Part shown: in pieces, positions 18,961-27,653 of the stretch | Layout: every line of letters begins with the position of its first letter | Numbering within the stretch: the stretch's first letter is position 1 | NCBI GenBank assembly: GCA_037444665.1 | Contig: JBBILZ010000024.1 | Location: 1-33,756, forward strand | Direction of reading: 5' to 3' | Origin: a candidate division WOR-3 bacterium | Lineage (GTDB): Bacteria > Hydrothermota > Tepidihabitantia > SM23-42 > JAOAFX01 | DNA: 33,756 nt | Position numbers and translations under genes: made by a program | Notes under the pieces: generated by a model | Told to the model about the DNA's origin: nothing | Databases searched by the model: none | Seen by the model: only the letters and a program-made list of their open reading frames with translations

Positions 18961-20958
18961 ATGGAACAAACAGGCTTATCAGAAAATTTAACAAAGATTG
19001 CGGAATCACTGCTTGAGCATCACTCACTAAATAAAGTCTTTGATACAATAACCAAAACTGCCTGCTCATTCTTTAATGCCTCAGCATCATCAATTATGCT
19101 TTTTGATAGAGAAAAAGAATTTCTGACCATTGCCCATTCCACAAATCTTTCATCAGAATACTTGAAAGTAGTAAAGGTGCGAAAGGACGAAGAGATTGCT
19201 GGCAGGGTCTGCCAGGAAAAAAAACCGCGCTTTGTTCCTGATATAATAAAAATTTTTGAAGAAAAAGGAGATTTTTTTTCTATAGAATGGATAAAAAAAG
19301 AAGGTTTATGTTCTTTTGTCTCAGCCCCTTTATTATTAAAAAATGAGCCTATTGGTTGTCTGAACCTTTATTACCGTGAGAAAATAGAAAAATTTGGAAA
19401 TTATAGTGCTCTGGATTTCTTTTGTAAACTTGCTGCCCTTGCCATAGAACATACTAAACTTATCAGTGAAATTGAAGAAAAATCAAGGATTGTAACCGAG
19501 CTTGAGCATATCGGGATTACGCTCAGTGCAACCTTTGAAACCGAAAACATAATGAAGGTTCTACTCTCATCAGCAATCAGGATTACCCGCACTGATACGG
19601 GGAGCCTTTTACTTATTGATGAACCAAATAGCATGATTATTGAATCATTTGACTTTTCTAAAGAAACTGGCGAATTAAAGAGATATAGGTCCTCGGCGCG
19701 ACTCAGCAATGGCATCTCAGGCGAAATCATAAAAACCCATAGTCCAGTGATTATCCCGGACCTGACCCAATACGAAAATGCCAGCCCGGTAGCATTAGAA
19801 AAAGGCAGAAGGGCAGTAATTGGAATGCCTTTGATTGCACGGGAGACTTTGATTGGTATACTCTATGTAAATTCTTATATGCCACGAGATTTTTCTCCCT
19901 CAGAAATTGAATACCTGCAATTATTGTGCACACAGGCAGCAATTGCCCTTGATAATACAAAACTTTATAAAAAGATTACCCGGGAAGCACAAGAGACCGC
20001 TATTCTCTATGAAGTAGGTAGAACATTTATCTCCACCCTTGATTTTGATGCACTATTAACTAATATCCTGGAACGTCTTGTTGAAACCTTTGGTTATTTA
20101 AACCTGGCAATATTTCTTGTTGATGAAGAAAAACAGGAATTGAAACTTCGTTCATTCATTAATTACCCTGAGTCAGTTAGAGAATTAAAGATAAAAATTG
20201 GTGCTACAGGCATTACCGGCCATGTTGCAGCAACCCGGGAAATGTATTATTCTCCAGATGTATCAAAGGACCCCTATTATATCCCTGGTGTAAAAGAAGC
20301 AAAGAGTGAGGTCTGCTTTCCTTTGATGATTGGCGAAAGGCTCATCGGTGTGATTGATATTGAAAGTCCAGAGATTGATGGGTTCACACCTGATGATATA
20401 AGAATCCTGTCCACACTCAGTGCCCAGATTGCAATTGCCCTGGATAATGCGCGGCTCTATGAAGAAGCGAAAAAACTCTCTTTAACTGACCCACTCACAG
20501 GTCTATCAAATCGCCGAAGTTTTGAGATGATGTTAGATAGCGAAATAAAAAGGGCAGAAAGATACCGTCGTCCCTTTGCTGTTATGATGATGGACCTTGA
20601 TAATTTTAAAAGCTATAACGACAAGTTTGGCCACTCAGCAGGCGATTATATCCTGCAAAAATTCAGTATGTTGATGAAGGATACAATCAGGGATGTTGAC
20701 TTTATTGGAAGGTATGGTGGTGATGAATTCATTGCGGTCTTACCAGAAACCGATGCAAACTTTGCCCTTGTCGTTGCCGAAAGAATTAGAAAAAAGATTG
20801 AATCAGAAAATCTTGACCTACCAGTTACGCTCAGTATTGGTATTGCAATATTCCCCAGGGATAGCCGCGATAAAAAACAACTGATAGACCTTGCTGACCG
20901 TGCCTGTTATGAATCAAAAGAACTGGGCGGAAATCGGGTTAATTTTGCCGGTAAATAA
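18961..20958 (+). CDS. Diguanylate cyclase with three GAF domains
   Basis: Three GAF repeats (PL......IG.L...; QAAIALDN), TDPLTGLSNRR, DLDNFKSYNDKFGHSAGD, RDVD I-site, intact GGDEF. Confidence 0.93.
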   Translation: MEQTGLSENLTKIAESLLEHHSLNKVFDTITKTACSFFNASASSIMLFDREKEFLTIAHSTNLSSEYLKVVKVRKDEEIAGRVCQEKKPRFVPDIIKIFEEKGDFFSIEWIKKEGLCSFVSAPLLLKNEPIGCLNLYYREKIEKFGNYSALDFFCKLAALAIEHTKLISEIEEKSRIVTELEHIGITLSATFETENIMKVLLSSAIRITRTDTGSLLLIDEPNSMIIESFDFSKETGELKRYRSSARLSNGISGEIIKTHSPVIIPDLTQYENASPVALEKGRRAVIGMPLIARETLIGILYVNSYMPRDFSPSEIEYLQLLCTQAAIALDNTKLYKKITREAQETAILYEVGRTFISTLDFDALLTNILERLVETFGYLNLAIFLVDEEKQELKLRSFINYPESVRELKIKIGATGITGHVAATREMYYSPDVSKDPYYIPGVKEAKSEVCFPLMIGERLIGVIDIESPEIDGFTPDDIRILSTLSAQIAIALDNARLYEEAKKLSLTDPLTGLSNRRSFEMMLDSEIKRAERYRRPFAVMMMDLDNFKSYNDKFGHSAGDYILQKFSMLMKDTIRDVDFIGRYGGDEFIAVLPETDANFALVVAERIRKKIESENLDLPVTLSIGIAIFPRDSRDKKQLIDLADRACYESKELGGNRVNFAGK

Positions 20959-20969
20959 AAGGAGTATTA

Positions 20970-23900
20970 ATGACAATGATGATAATTTTTTGTCTTATTG
21001 GTAGTGTATATTATGGCGATATAAATTGTAGTATTGATGAATTGCAATTTGTGCAGTCATCTGATGAAATAAAAATTAGAATACATAACTGGGAGATTAC
21101 AGATGAATTAGGAGCCCCTGAATTGCCAGCAAAAACTATAAAGATAGCCCTGCCATACGGAGCAGTAATTAAAAAAATTGGGATACTTTCTACATCACAG
21201 AATGAATTTGAGTTACAACAAAATGTCTCTTTTGCACATAAACCAGTAATATTATCGCAAAAAATTATCCAGAGCACCACTGAGCCGAACCCACAAATAT
21301 ATCTTTCACCTGAGCCTTATCCTGAACAGATTCTTCAATACAAAGGTTCTTTTGTCGTTGGCAATCATCAAATCTGTGAATTCGTATGTATTCCATTCCA
21401 GTATTATCCATTAACAAAAAAATTGGTTTTTTATAATTCAATAAAATTTGCGGTCTATTACGAAGGTGGGGTGAATCTTCACACAAATAATTACCTTGTA
21501 AAAAAACTTGTATCCAATGATGAAGATATTTTTTCACCTACAGAAAAATATGAACTTGAACAATCGGTCTATGTTATAATTACCGAATCGCCAATGGATA
21601 CGGTTTTTCAAAGATTGGCAGACTGGAAAACAAAAAAAGGATTACCTGCAAGGGTAAGGAATATATCCTGGATTATCTCTCATTATCCAGGTGAAGACAG
21701 CGCTGCAAAGATTAGAAATTATCTAAAGACTCTCGTGGATTCAAGCACAAAGTATGTTCTGCTGGGAGGTGATGTTGATTTTATCCCCTGCCGATTTGCC
21801 TATGCAATGACCTGTAGTGCAGGCTATTCACCAGGCAGAGAAGATACAGTGCCCTGTGATCTGTATTACGCAGATTTACAGGGTAATTGGGATTTAGATA
21901 ATGACGGAAGTTATGGTGAGATAGAAGATAGTATCAACCTATACCCGGACCTGTTTGTGGGTCGGGCACCGGTAAATACTATTGATGAAGCACAAAGATT
22001 TGTAAATAAGATTCTAACCTATGAAAAGAATCCCCAGCTCAATTATCTGGACAATGGGCTATTCACTGCTGAAATCTTATGGACCGACCCTTATACTGAC
22101 CAGGCGGTCCACAAAAATAAGATTGGTGATGAATCATTTCCGACAAATTTTGAAATAACAAAGTTGTATCAAAGTTTAGGGAATGAAACCAAAGCAGCAG
22201 TGATGCAGGCGATAAGAGACGGGCAGAATTTAATAAACCATGATGGACATGGTTGGATTGATTTGATATCAGTAGGTGGCTGGCCCCATAGAATATATTC
22301 TGCAGATTTTGATACTATAACGAATGGCCCAAGATATGGCATACTCTATTCAATCGGTTGCTGGACCAATGCCTTTGATTATGCCTCTGTATCTGAGGCA
22401 TTTGTAAACAGTCCTAATGGTGGTGGTGTTGCCTATATTGGCAATTCAAGCTATGGATGGGGTTCTCCAGGCAATCCTGGATTTGGTTATTCAGATAGAT
22501 TTGATAGTAGATTCTTTCACGCACTATTCAATGAAGATAATTTTCATCTTGGTGAAGCACTAACAATTGCCAAGGCATATTTTATTCCATATTCACGGGA
22601 AGAGAATGTTTATCGCTGGCACCAGTACCAGATAAATTTACTGGGTGACCCGGAAATGCCGGTCTGGACAAAGATTCCTGACACCCTACTTGTCTTTTAT
22701 CCTCAATCAATACCTCTGGGAAATGCAAATATCTTAATAACCGTGAAAGATAAGTTAACCAATTTGCCGGTAAAAAACGCCCTGGTCTGTTTGATGAAAA
22801 ATAATGAATCTTATGCCTCAGGTTATACAGATGCAAGTGGCACAATATTTTTGAGCACGACTCCAACAACCACAGGAAATTTTGCCCTCACTGTATCAGC
22901 ACACAATTATCTACCATTAGAACAATCCATTCCAGTATCCAGTGGTCCCTATATTAATTACCAGGGTTGGAATATTAATGATATGTTCGGTAATAATGAC
23001 CACATCCCAAATCCAGGAGAAGATATTCTACTTTCAACAAAGATCAAAAATTGTGGAAATACAAACGCTGACAGCATTCTATTAAGATTATCTTCGACTG
23101 ATACACTTGTGTTAATCATTGATAGTATTGCCTTTTTGAATTCATTGCCTGCCGGCGATTCAATAATACTTGATAATGCCTTTGCCGTAAAGATAAAAAA
23201 TATTGCTCGGAATGGAGATTGTATTGAATTCAATCTTTTAATCAATCATAATAATCAGGGACAAAACTTCAAACCAAATATTCTGGTAGGAACACCAATA
23301 ATAGAAATTGCAAATACAAATATCTCTAATCTACCAGTATTACCTGGAGCAGTTGAATCGCTCTATATAGATTTACAAAACCGCGGTTTTGGTGCAGGGC
23401 ACTCGTGCCGTGCGGGATTGGAATCTATTGACCCATATACCTTTGTTCTCCTTGACACAGTGCGGTATGGTGAAATCCCTGCTGAATCCGTAAAGATTGC
23501 AACAGAACCTTTTGTAGTATATATCAGTCCATTCTGTCCCCCATCTTATATCTCAAAACTACTTATAAATGTAATAACAGAAAATTATTCATTTACAGAT
23601 ACTGTTTATATTCTTGTGGGTGAAACAGGATTCACTGATGATATGGAGTCTGGCACAGACCTCTGGACAACTGGTGGAATAAACAATCTCTGGCATATAT
23701 CAACCCGACGTTCATTTTCTCCAACCCATTCCTGGTATTGTGGAAATGAATCTGCTGGTCAATATGTAAACAATATGAACTGTTATATCCAGACCATCCC
23801 TTTTATGATAAAAAAGAATTCTTTGCTAAAATTTTATCGGTGGTTCAAAGTCCCAATCTATGGTAGTGATGGTATCTATGTGATTGTCCAGCATCACAAT

Positions 23901-24446
23901 GGTGCTGATACATTAGATTTTATTGGCACGGGTGGTGCACTTGAACAGAGACCAATCCAGAGTAATTGGTTTTGTGAAAAATATTTATTGAAAGATTATG
24001 CTGATGGCGATACAATCCAGGTCAGAATCGCTTTTATCAGCGACAATGATGGTGCAATAAGTGAAGGATTTTACATTGATGATGTGAATGTGGAGTATGT
24101 TACAGCAATAGAAGAAAGTTCGCAATCTGCAATCCAGAATATACACTTAACTATATCTCCGAATCCATTCAGGAATCACCTTACGATTAAATTCGAAATC
24201 CGAAATTCGAAATTCGAAACAAATCCCAAATCCGAAATTCTAAACACCAAACTACAAATCTACGATGCGACAGGCAGATTGGTAAAATCCTTTAACCATC
24301 TAACCATCCAACCATCTAACCATCCAACCCAAATCGTCTGGAACGGCACAGACGATTTGGGTCGCAGACTTCCCGCAGGTGTTTATTTTGTAAGACTGGA
24401 AAATGAAGGATTCAAACAGGTGGAGAAGGTAATTCTTTTAAGATAG
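20970..24446 (+). CDS. Gingipain-like C25 cysteine peptidase with propeptide, Ig-like and jelly-roll domains and a T9SS/FlgD-Ig type C-terminal domain
   Basis: GAPELP propeptide, LADWKTKKG, YVLLGGD, DLYYAD, VGRAP, catalytic HG (NHDGHG) and Cys (SIGCW), LLGDP; CTD SPNPF...IYDATGRLVK...WNGTDD.G..LPAGVYFVRL...KVILLR. Confidence 0.9.
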   Translation: MTMMIIFCLIGSVYYGDINCSIDELQFVQSSDEIKIRIHNWEITDELGAPELPAKTIKIALPYGAVIKKIGILSTSQNEFELQQNVSFAHKPVILSQKIIQSTTEPNPQIYLSPEPYPEQILQYKGSFVVGNHQICEFVCIPFQYYPLTKKLVFYNSIKFAVYYEGGVNLHTNNYLVKKLVSNDEDIFSPTEKYELEQSVYVIITESPMDTVFQRLADWKTKKGLPARVRNISWIISHYPGEDSAAKIRNYLKTLVDSSTKYVLLGGDVDFIPCRFAYAMTCSAGYSPGREDTVPCDLYYADLQGNWDLDNDGSYGEIEDSINLYPDLFVGRAPVNTIDEAQRFVNKILTYEKNPQLNYLDNGLFTAEILWTDPYTDQAVHKNKIGDESFPTNFEITKLYQSLGNETKAAVMQAIRDGQNLINHDGHGWIDLISVGGWPHRIYSADFDTITNGPRYGILYSIGCWTNAFDYASVSEAFVNSPNGGGVAYIGNSSYGWGSPGNPGFGYSDRFDSRFFHALFNEDNFHLGEALTIAKAYFIPYSREENVYRWHQYQINLLGDPEMPVWTKIPDTLLVFYPQSIPLGNANILITVKDKLTNLPVKNALVCLMKNNESYASGYTDASGTIFLSTTPTTTGNFALTVSAHNYLPLEQSIPVSSGPYINYQGWNINDMFGNNDHIPNPGEDILLSTKIKNCGNTNADSILLRLSSTDTLVLIIDSIAFLNSLPAGDSIILDNAFAVKIKNIARNGDCIEFNLLINHNNQGQNFKPNILVGTPIIEIANTNISNLPVLPGAVESLYIDLQNRGFGAGHSCRAGLESIDPYTFVLLDTVRYGEIPAESVKIATEPFVVYISPFCPPSYISKLLINVITENYSFTDTVYILVGETGFTDDMESGTDLWTTGGINNLWHISTRRSFSPTHSWYCGNESAGQYVNNMNCYIQTIPFMIKKNSLLKFYRWFKVPIYGSDGIYVIVQHHNGADTLDFIGTGGALEQRPIQSNWFCEKYLLKDYADGDTIQVRIAFISDNDGAISEGFYIDDVNVEYVTAIEESSQSAIQNIHLTISPNPFRNHLTIKFEIRNSKFETNPKSEILNTKLQIYDATGRLVKSFNHLTIQPSNHPTQIVWNGTDDLGRRLPAGVYFVRLENEGFKQVEKVILLR
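24189..24262 (+). repeat. Degenerate 7-bp tandem repeat (AAATTCG/AAATCCG...) inside the CTD coding sequence
   Basis: aaattcg aaatccg aaattcg aaattcg aaac aaatccc aaatccg aaattct aaacacc aaactac aaatcta. Confidence 0.9.
24293..24332 (+). repeat. 8-bp tandem repeat (T/C)AACCATC inside the CTD coding sequence
   Basis: taaccatc taaccatc caaccatc taaccatc caacccaa. Confidence 0.9.
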
Positions 24447-24527
24447 ACGAAATCAGTCTTTTAAGCCCAATAACGATGAACTTTAACCGAAACGGGTTTC
24501 GTAACCCAATAACGATAGACGAGAACT

Positions 24528-24550
24528 GTAGTTGCCCGATTTATCGGGCG
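24528..24550 (+). repeat. GTAG-type REP-like palindrome
   Basis: GTAG-TT-GCCCGAT-TT-ATCGGGC in a convergent intergenic region; may also act as a terminator or stability hairpin. Confidence 0.65.
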
Positions 24551-24592
24551 TATTAGAAATCTGAAAATTTTTCGTCCACTTGAAACCGGACG

Positions 24593-24639
24593 CTCCCTAC
24601 TACTTACTTCTTCCTCCCTACTCCTGCTCCTTATTCCGA
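24593..24639 (+). repeat. Pyrimidine-rich degenerate 7-bp repeat (CTCCCTA-like)
   Basis: ctcccta ctactta cttcttc ctcccta ctcctg ctcctta ttccga, abutting the accC stop codon. Confidence 0.7.
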
Positions 24640-24641
24640 TT

Positions 24642-25991
24642 CTACTTATATCCAAAATTCTCTTCAATAAACTTTGTTGAAATATCACCTTTAATAAATT
24701 TTTCGTTATTCATCACTTCAAGGTGGAACGGGATAGTGGTTTGAACACCTTCTATCACGATCTCCTCAAGTGCCCTCTTCATTCGGGCAATCGCCTCAGT
24801 CCTTGAATTTCCATGGCAGATGAGTTTACCAATCAAAGAATCATAATGTGGTGGAATTGTATAACCGGCAAAGATATGGGTATCAAAACGGACTCCAATA
24901 CCCTGTGGCATATGAAAGAAAGAGATCCTGCCTGGTGATGGTGTAAAATTTCTTTCTGGATTCTCTGCATTGATCCTGCATTCAATTGCACTACCTTTCA
25001 ATTTGATATTATCCTGAGTAAAAGAAAGTTTTTCACCAAGGGCAACTTTGATCTGCTCTTTTAGGATATCAATACCCGTAACCATTTCAGTCACGGGATG
25101 TTCAACCTGAATCCTTGTATTCATCTCCATAAAGTAAAAATTTTTCTTTTCATCCATTAAAAATTCAATGGTGCCCGCAGATTGATAACCAATACCTGCA
25201 GTTGCAGTTACTGCTGTCTTAAGTAATCTCTCCCGTATATTATCATCCACTGCAACTGAAGGTGATTCCTCAATCAACTTCTGATGCCTTCTCTGAATTG
25301 AACACTCCCTCTCACCAAGTGCGACAACATTACCATACATATCACCGATGATCTGAACTTCAATATGCCTTGGTTTCTCAATATATTTTTCAATGTATAG
25401 TCTGGGGTCACCAAATGCTGCCTTTGCTTCTGCCTGTGCAATTCTAAATCCTGATTCAATTTCACCTTCTTCGCGAACAATCCTCATTCCCTTTCCCCCA
25501 CCACCTGCAGCTGCCTTTAAAATAATTGGATAGCCGATCTTACCTGCAATCTTTCGTGCATCGCGAATATTTTCAACCTGTCCCTCACTACCCGGTATTC
25601 CATAAGCCCCGAATCGGGCAAATGTCTCTTTTGCCTTTATCTTATCACCCATTGCCCTGATATGTTCTGCTTTTGGACCAATGAATATAATCCCGCAGGA
25701 TTCACATATCTCGGCGAATTCTGCATTTTCTGCGAGAAATCCATAACCCGGGTGGATTGCCCTGGCGCCGGTTATTTCAGCGGCACTGATGATTCTGGTA
25801 ATATTGAGATAGCTCTCCCGTGCTGGCGCTGGACCAATACAGACCGATTCATCTGCCAGACGGGTATGCAATGCGTCTGCGTCAGCTTCTGAATAGATTG
25901 CAACTGTTTTTAAATTTAATTCTTTTGCCGCCCGAATTATCCTTATTGCAATTTCGCCGCGATTAGCAATGAGTATCTTTTCAAATTTCAT
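24642..25991 (-). CDS. accC: Acetyl-CoA carboxylase, biotin carboxylase subunit
   Basis: [74 protein letters not shown]. Confidence 0.97.
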   Translation of the reverse strand: MKFEKILIANRGEIAIRIIRAAKELNLKTVAIYSEADADALHTRLADESVCIGPAPARESYLNITRIISAAEITGARAIHPGYGFLAENAEFAEICESCGIIFIGPKAEHIRAMGDKIKAKETFARFGAYGIPGSEGQVENIRDARKIAGKIGYPIILKAAAGGGGKGMRIVREEGEIESGFRIAQAEAKAAFGDPRLYIEKYIEKPRHIEVQIIGDMYGNVVALGERECSIQRRHQKLIEESPSVAVDDNIRERLLKTAVTATAGIGYQSAGTIEFLMDEKKNFYFMEMNTRIQVEHPVTEMVTGIDILKEQIKVALGEKLSFTQDNIKLKGSAIECRINAENPERNFTPSPGRISFFHMPQGIGVRFDTHIFAGYTIPPHYDSLIGKLICHGNSRTEAIARMKRALEEIVIEGVQTTIPFHLEVMNNEKFIKGDISTKFIEENFGYK

Positions 25992-26046
25992 TTGTATATT
26001 TCAGATGCAAACGAAGCTGGTGGATGCAAAAAGATTTTATGGAAAA

Positions 26047-27153
26047 TTATTTTTTCTCAAAAGAACCCCAGCCGCGCTCAGCTGTTGCTTCAATTCCCAC
26101 GAGCCTTAATTTGAATTCATCTGGATTAGAGACTGCCTGTATTGCATCATCATAAGAAATCAACCCATCCTTATAGAGACGGAATATTGATTGGTCAAAT
26201 GTCTGCATACCATACTGTCCATATCCTTCTTCAATTGCTGATTGGATTAATAGTGTTTTTACCGGGTCTAATAGATACTCTTTAATCGTGGGCGTAGAGA
26301 TAAGAATTTCCACGGCTGGAATCCTTCCCTTTCCATCTGCCCTTGGTAAAAGTCTCAAAGAAACCACGCCGACCAGGGTTGCTGCAAGTAACACACGGAT
26401 ATGTTGATGTTGATGTGGTGGATAGAATGAGATAATACGGTTAATGGTCTCAGTTGCATTAAGTGTATGGAGTGTGGACATTACGAGATGGCCAGTATCT
26501 GCTGCCTTTAATGCTACATCCATTGTCTCCCTATCCCTGATTTCACCAATCAATATTACATCAGGGTCCTGACGCAGAATGTGGCGCAGTGCAATGGAGA
26601 ATGATATTGTATCCATAAGAACTTCACGCTGGTTTATTACTGATAGATTATCACGGAAAAGATATTCTATTGGATCCTCAATAGTAATGATATGCCGTGA
26701 GACATTTTCGTTTATATGCTCAATCATTGCGGCAAGTGTTGTTGATTTACCACTTCCCGTGGTGCCGGTGCAAAGAATTAATCCTCTCGGCTTCAATGAT
26801 AACTCCTTAAGAATAGCAGGCAGATTTAATTCGTCAACCCGTTTTACAGAAATAGGTATTGCACGCATGGCAATGGCAATACTACCACGCTGAAGGAATA
26901 TATTAACACGGAAACGACCAACCCCACGCACACCAATAGCAAAATCCATCTCTTTCATCCGTTCAAATGTCTGTTGCTGGGATGGCGTCATAATCTGATA
27001 CGCCATCGTCTTAAGAATCTCTGGTGTAAGTGATTCAGATTTTTCAATGACCAAACGTCCGTCAATTCTGAAGACGGGCGGCGCCCCAGCCTTTAAATGC
27101 AAGTCTGAGGCATTAACTTTCATCATTTTTTCAAGTAAGGTTTTGAGTTCCAT
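26047..27153 (-). CDS. pilT: Type IV pilus retraction ATPase, PilT/PilU family
   Basis: ASDLHL, RFRVNIF.QRG, GTTGSGKSTTLAAMI, ITIEDPIE, LRQDPDVILIGEIRD, TGHLVMSTLH, GMQTFDQ; lacks the AIRNLIRE motif, so it may be PilU-like or a paralog. Confidence 0.9.
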   Translation of the reverse strand: MELKTLLEKMMKVNASDLHLKAGAPPVFRIDGRLVIEKSESLTPEILKTMAYQIMTPSQQQTFERMKEMDFAIGVRGVGRFRVNIFLQRGSIAIAMRAIPISVKRVDELNLPAILKELSLKPRGLILCTGTTGSGKSTTLAAMIEHINENVSRHIITIEDPIEYLFRDNLSVINQREVLMDTISFSIALRHILRQDPDVILIGEIRDRETMDVALKAADTGHLVMSTLHTLNATETINRIISFYPPHQHQHIRVLLAATLVGVVSLRLLPRADGKGRIPAVEILISTPTIKEYLLDPVKTLLIQSAIEEGYGQYGMQTFDQSIFRLYKDGLISYDDAIQAVSNPDEFKLRLVGIEATAERGWGSFEKK

Positions 27154-27179
27154 AATTCTCTATTTTATATCTTAGATAA

Positions 27180-27647
27180 TTACATAGGTTCAATAAGAAA
27201 TAATTCCTGATTGTATTCAACCGGTTCCTCATTCTTCACGAGAATTTGAACGATTTTCCCCGCAACATCTGATTCAATTTCATTCATCAATTTCATCGCC
27301 TCTACAATGCAAACGACCTGACCGGGTTTAACAATATCACCCACTTCAACATATGGTGCAGCATCGGGTGCTGGCGCACGATAGAATGTACCCACAATGG
27401 GTGAACGTATTGCAACCAGATTTTTTCCTGTTGTCTCCACCTTCTGTTCAATCTTATCCGGCATTGCCGGGGCGGGTTTTTCTTTTACTTCTTGTCTAAC
27501 TACCTGTGGCTCACTGAGCGGTTCCACACGAGCACCATTTGTTTTTGATAGCCTCAATTTCCTGCCCCAAAAATCAGTAAATTCTATTTCGGTTAAGGGG
27601 CTATTTTCTAATATTTTGACAAGTTCTTTAATCTTTTTAATATTCAT
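27180..27647 (-). CDS. accB: Acetyl-CoA carboxylase biotin carboxyl carrier protein
   Basis: SPIVGTFYRAP, EAMKLMNEI (biotinylated Lys). Confidence 0.97.
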   Translation of the reverse strand: MNIKKIKELVKILENSPLTEIEFTDFWGRKLRLSKTNGARVEPLSEPQVVRQEVKEKPAPAMPDKIEQKVETTGKNLVAIRSPIVGTFYRAPAPDAAPYVEVGDIVKPGQVVCIVEAMKLMNEIESDVAGKIVQILVKNEEPVEYNQELFLIEPM

Positions 27648-27653
27648 AAGTCT

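Noticed and set aside
24466..24516. Two 12-bp direct repeats with a 27-bp spacer as a mini-CRISPR
   Set aside because: The repeats are too short, there are only two copies, and no cas genes are present.
24461..24688. 75-aa minus-strand ORF over the repeat patch
   Set aside because: It overlaps the accC end, reads through simple repeats, and has no SD or recognisable motif.
26004..26030. GATGCAAA direct repeat between pilT and accC
   Set aside because: Only two 8-bp copies, with no supporting promoter or second site.
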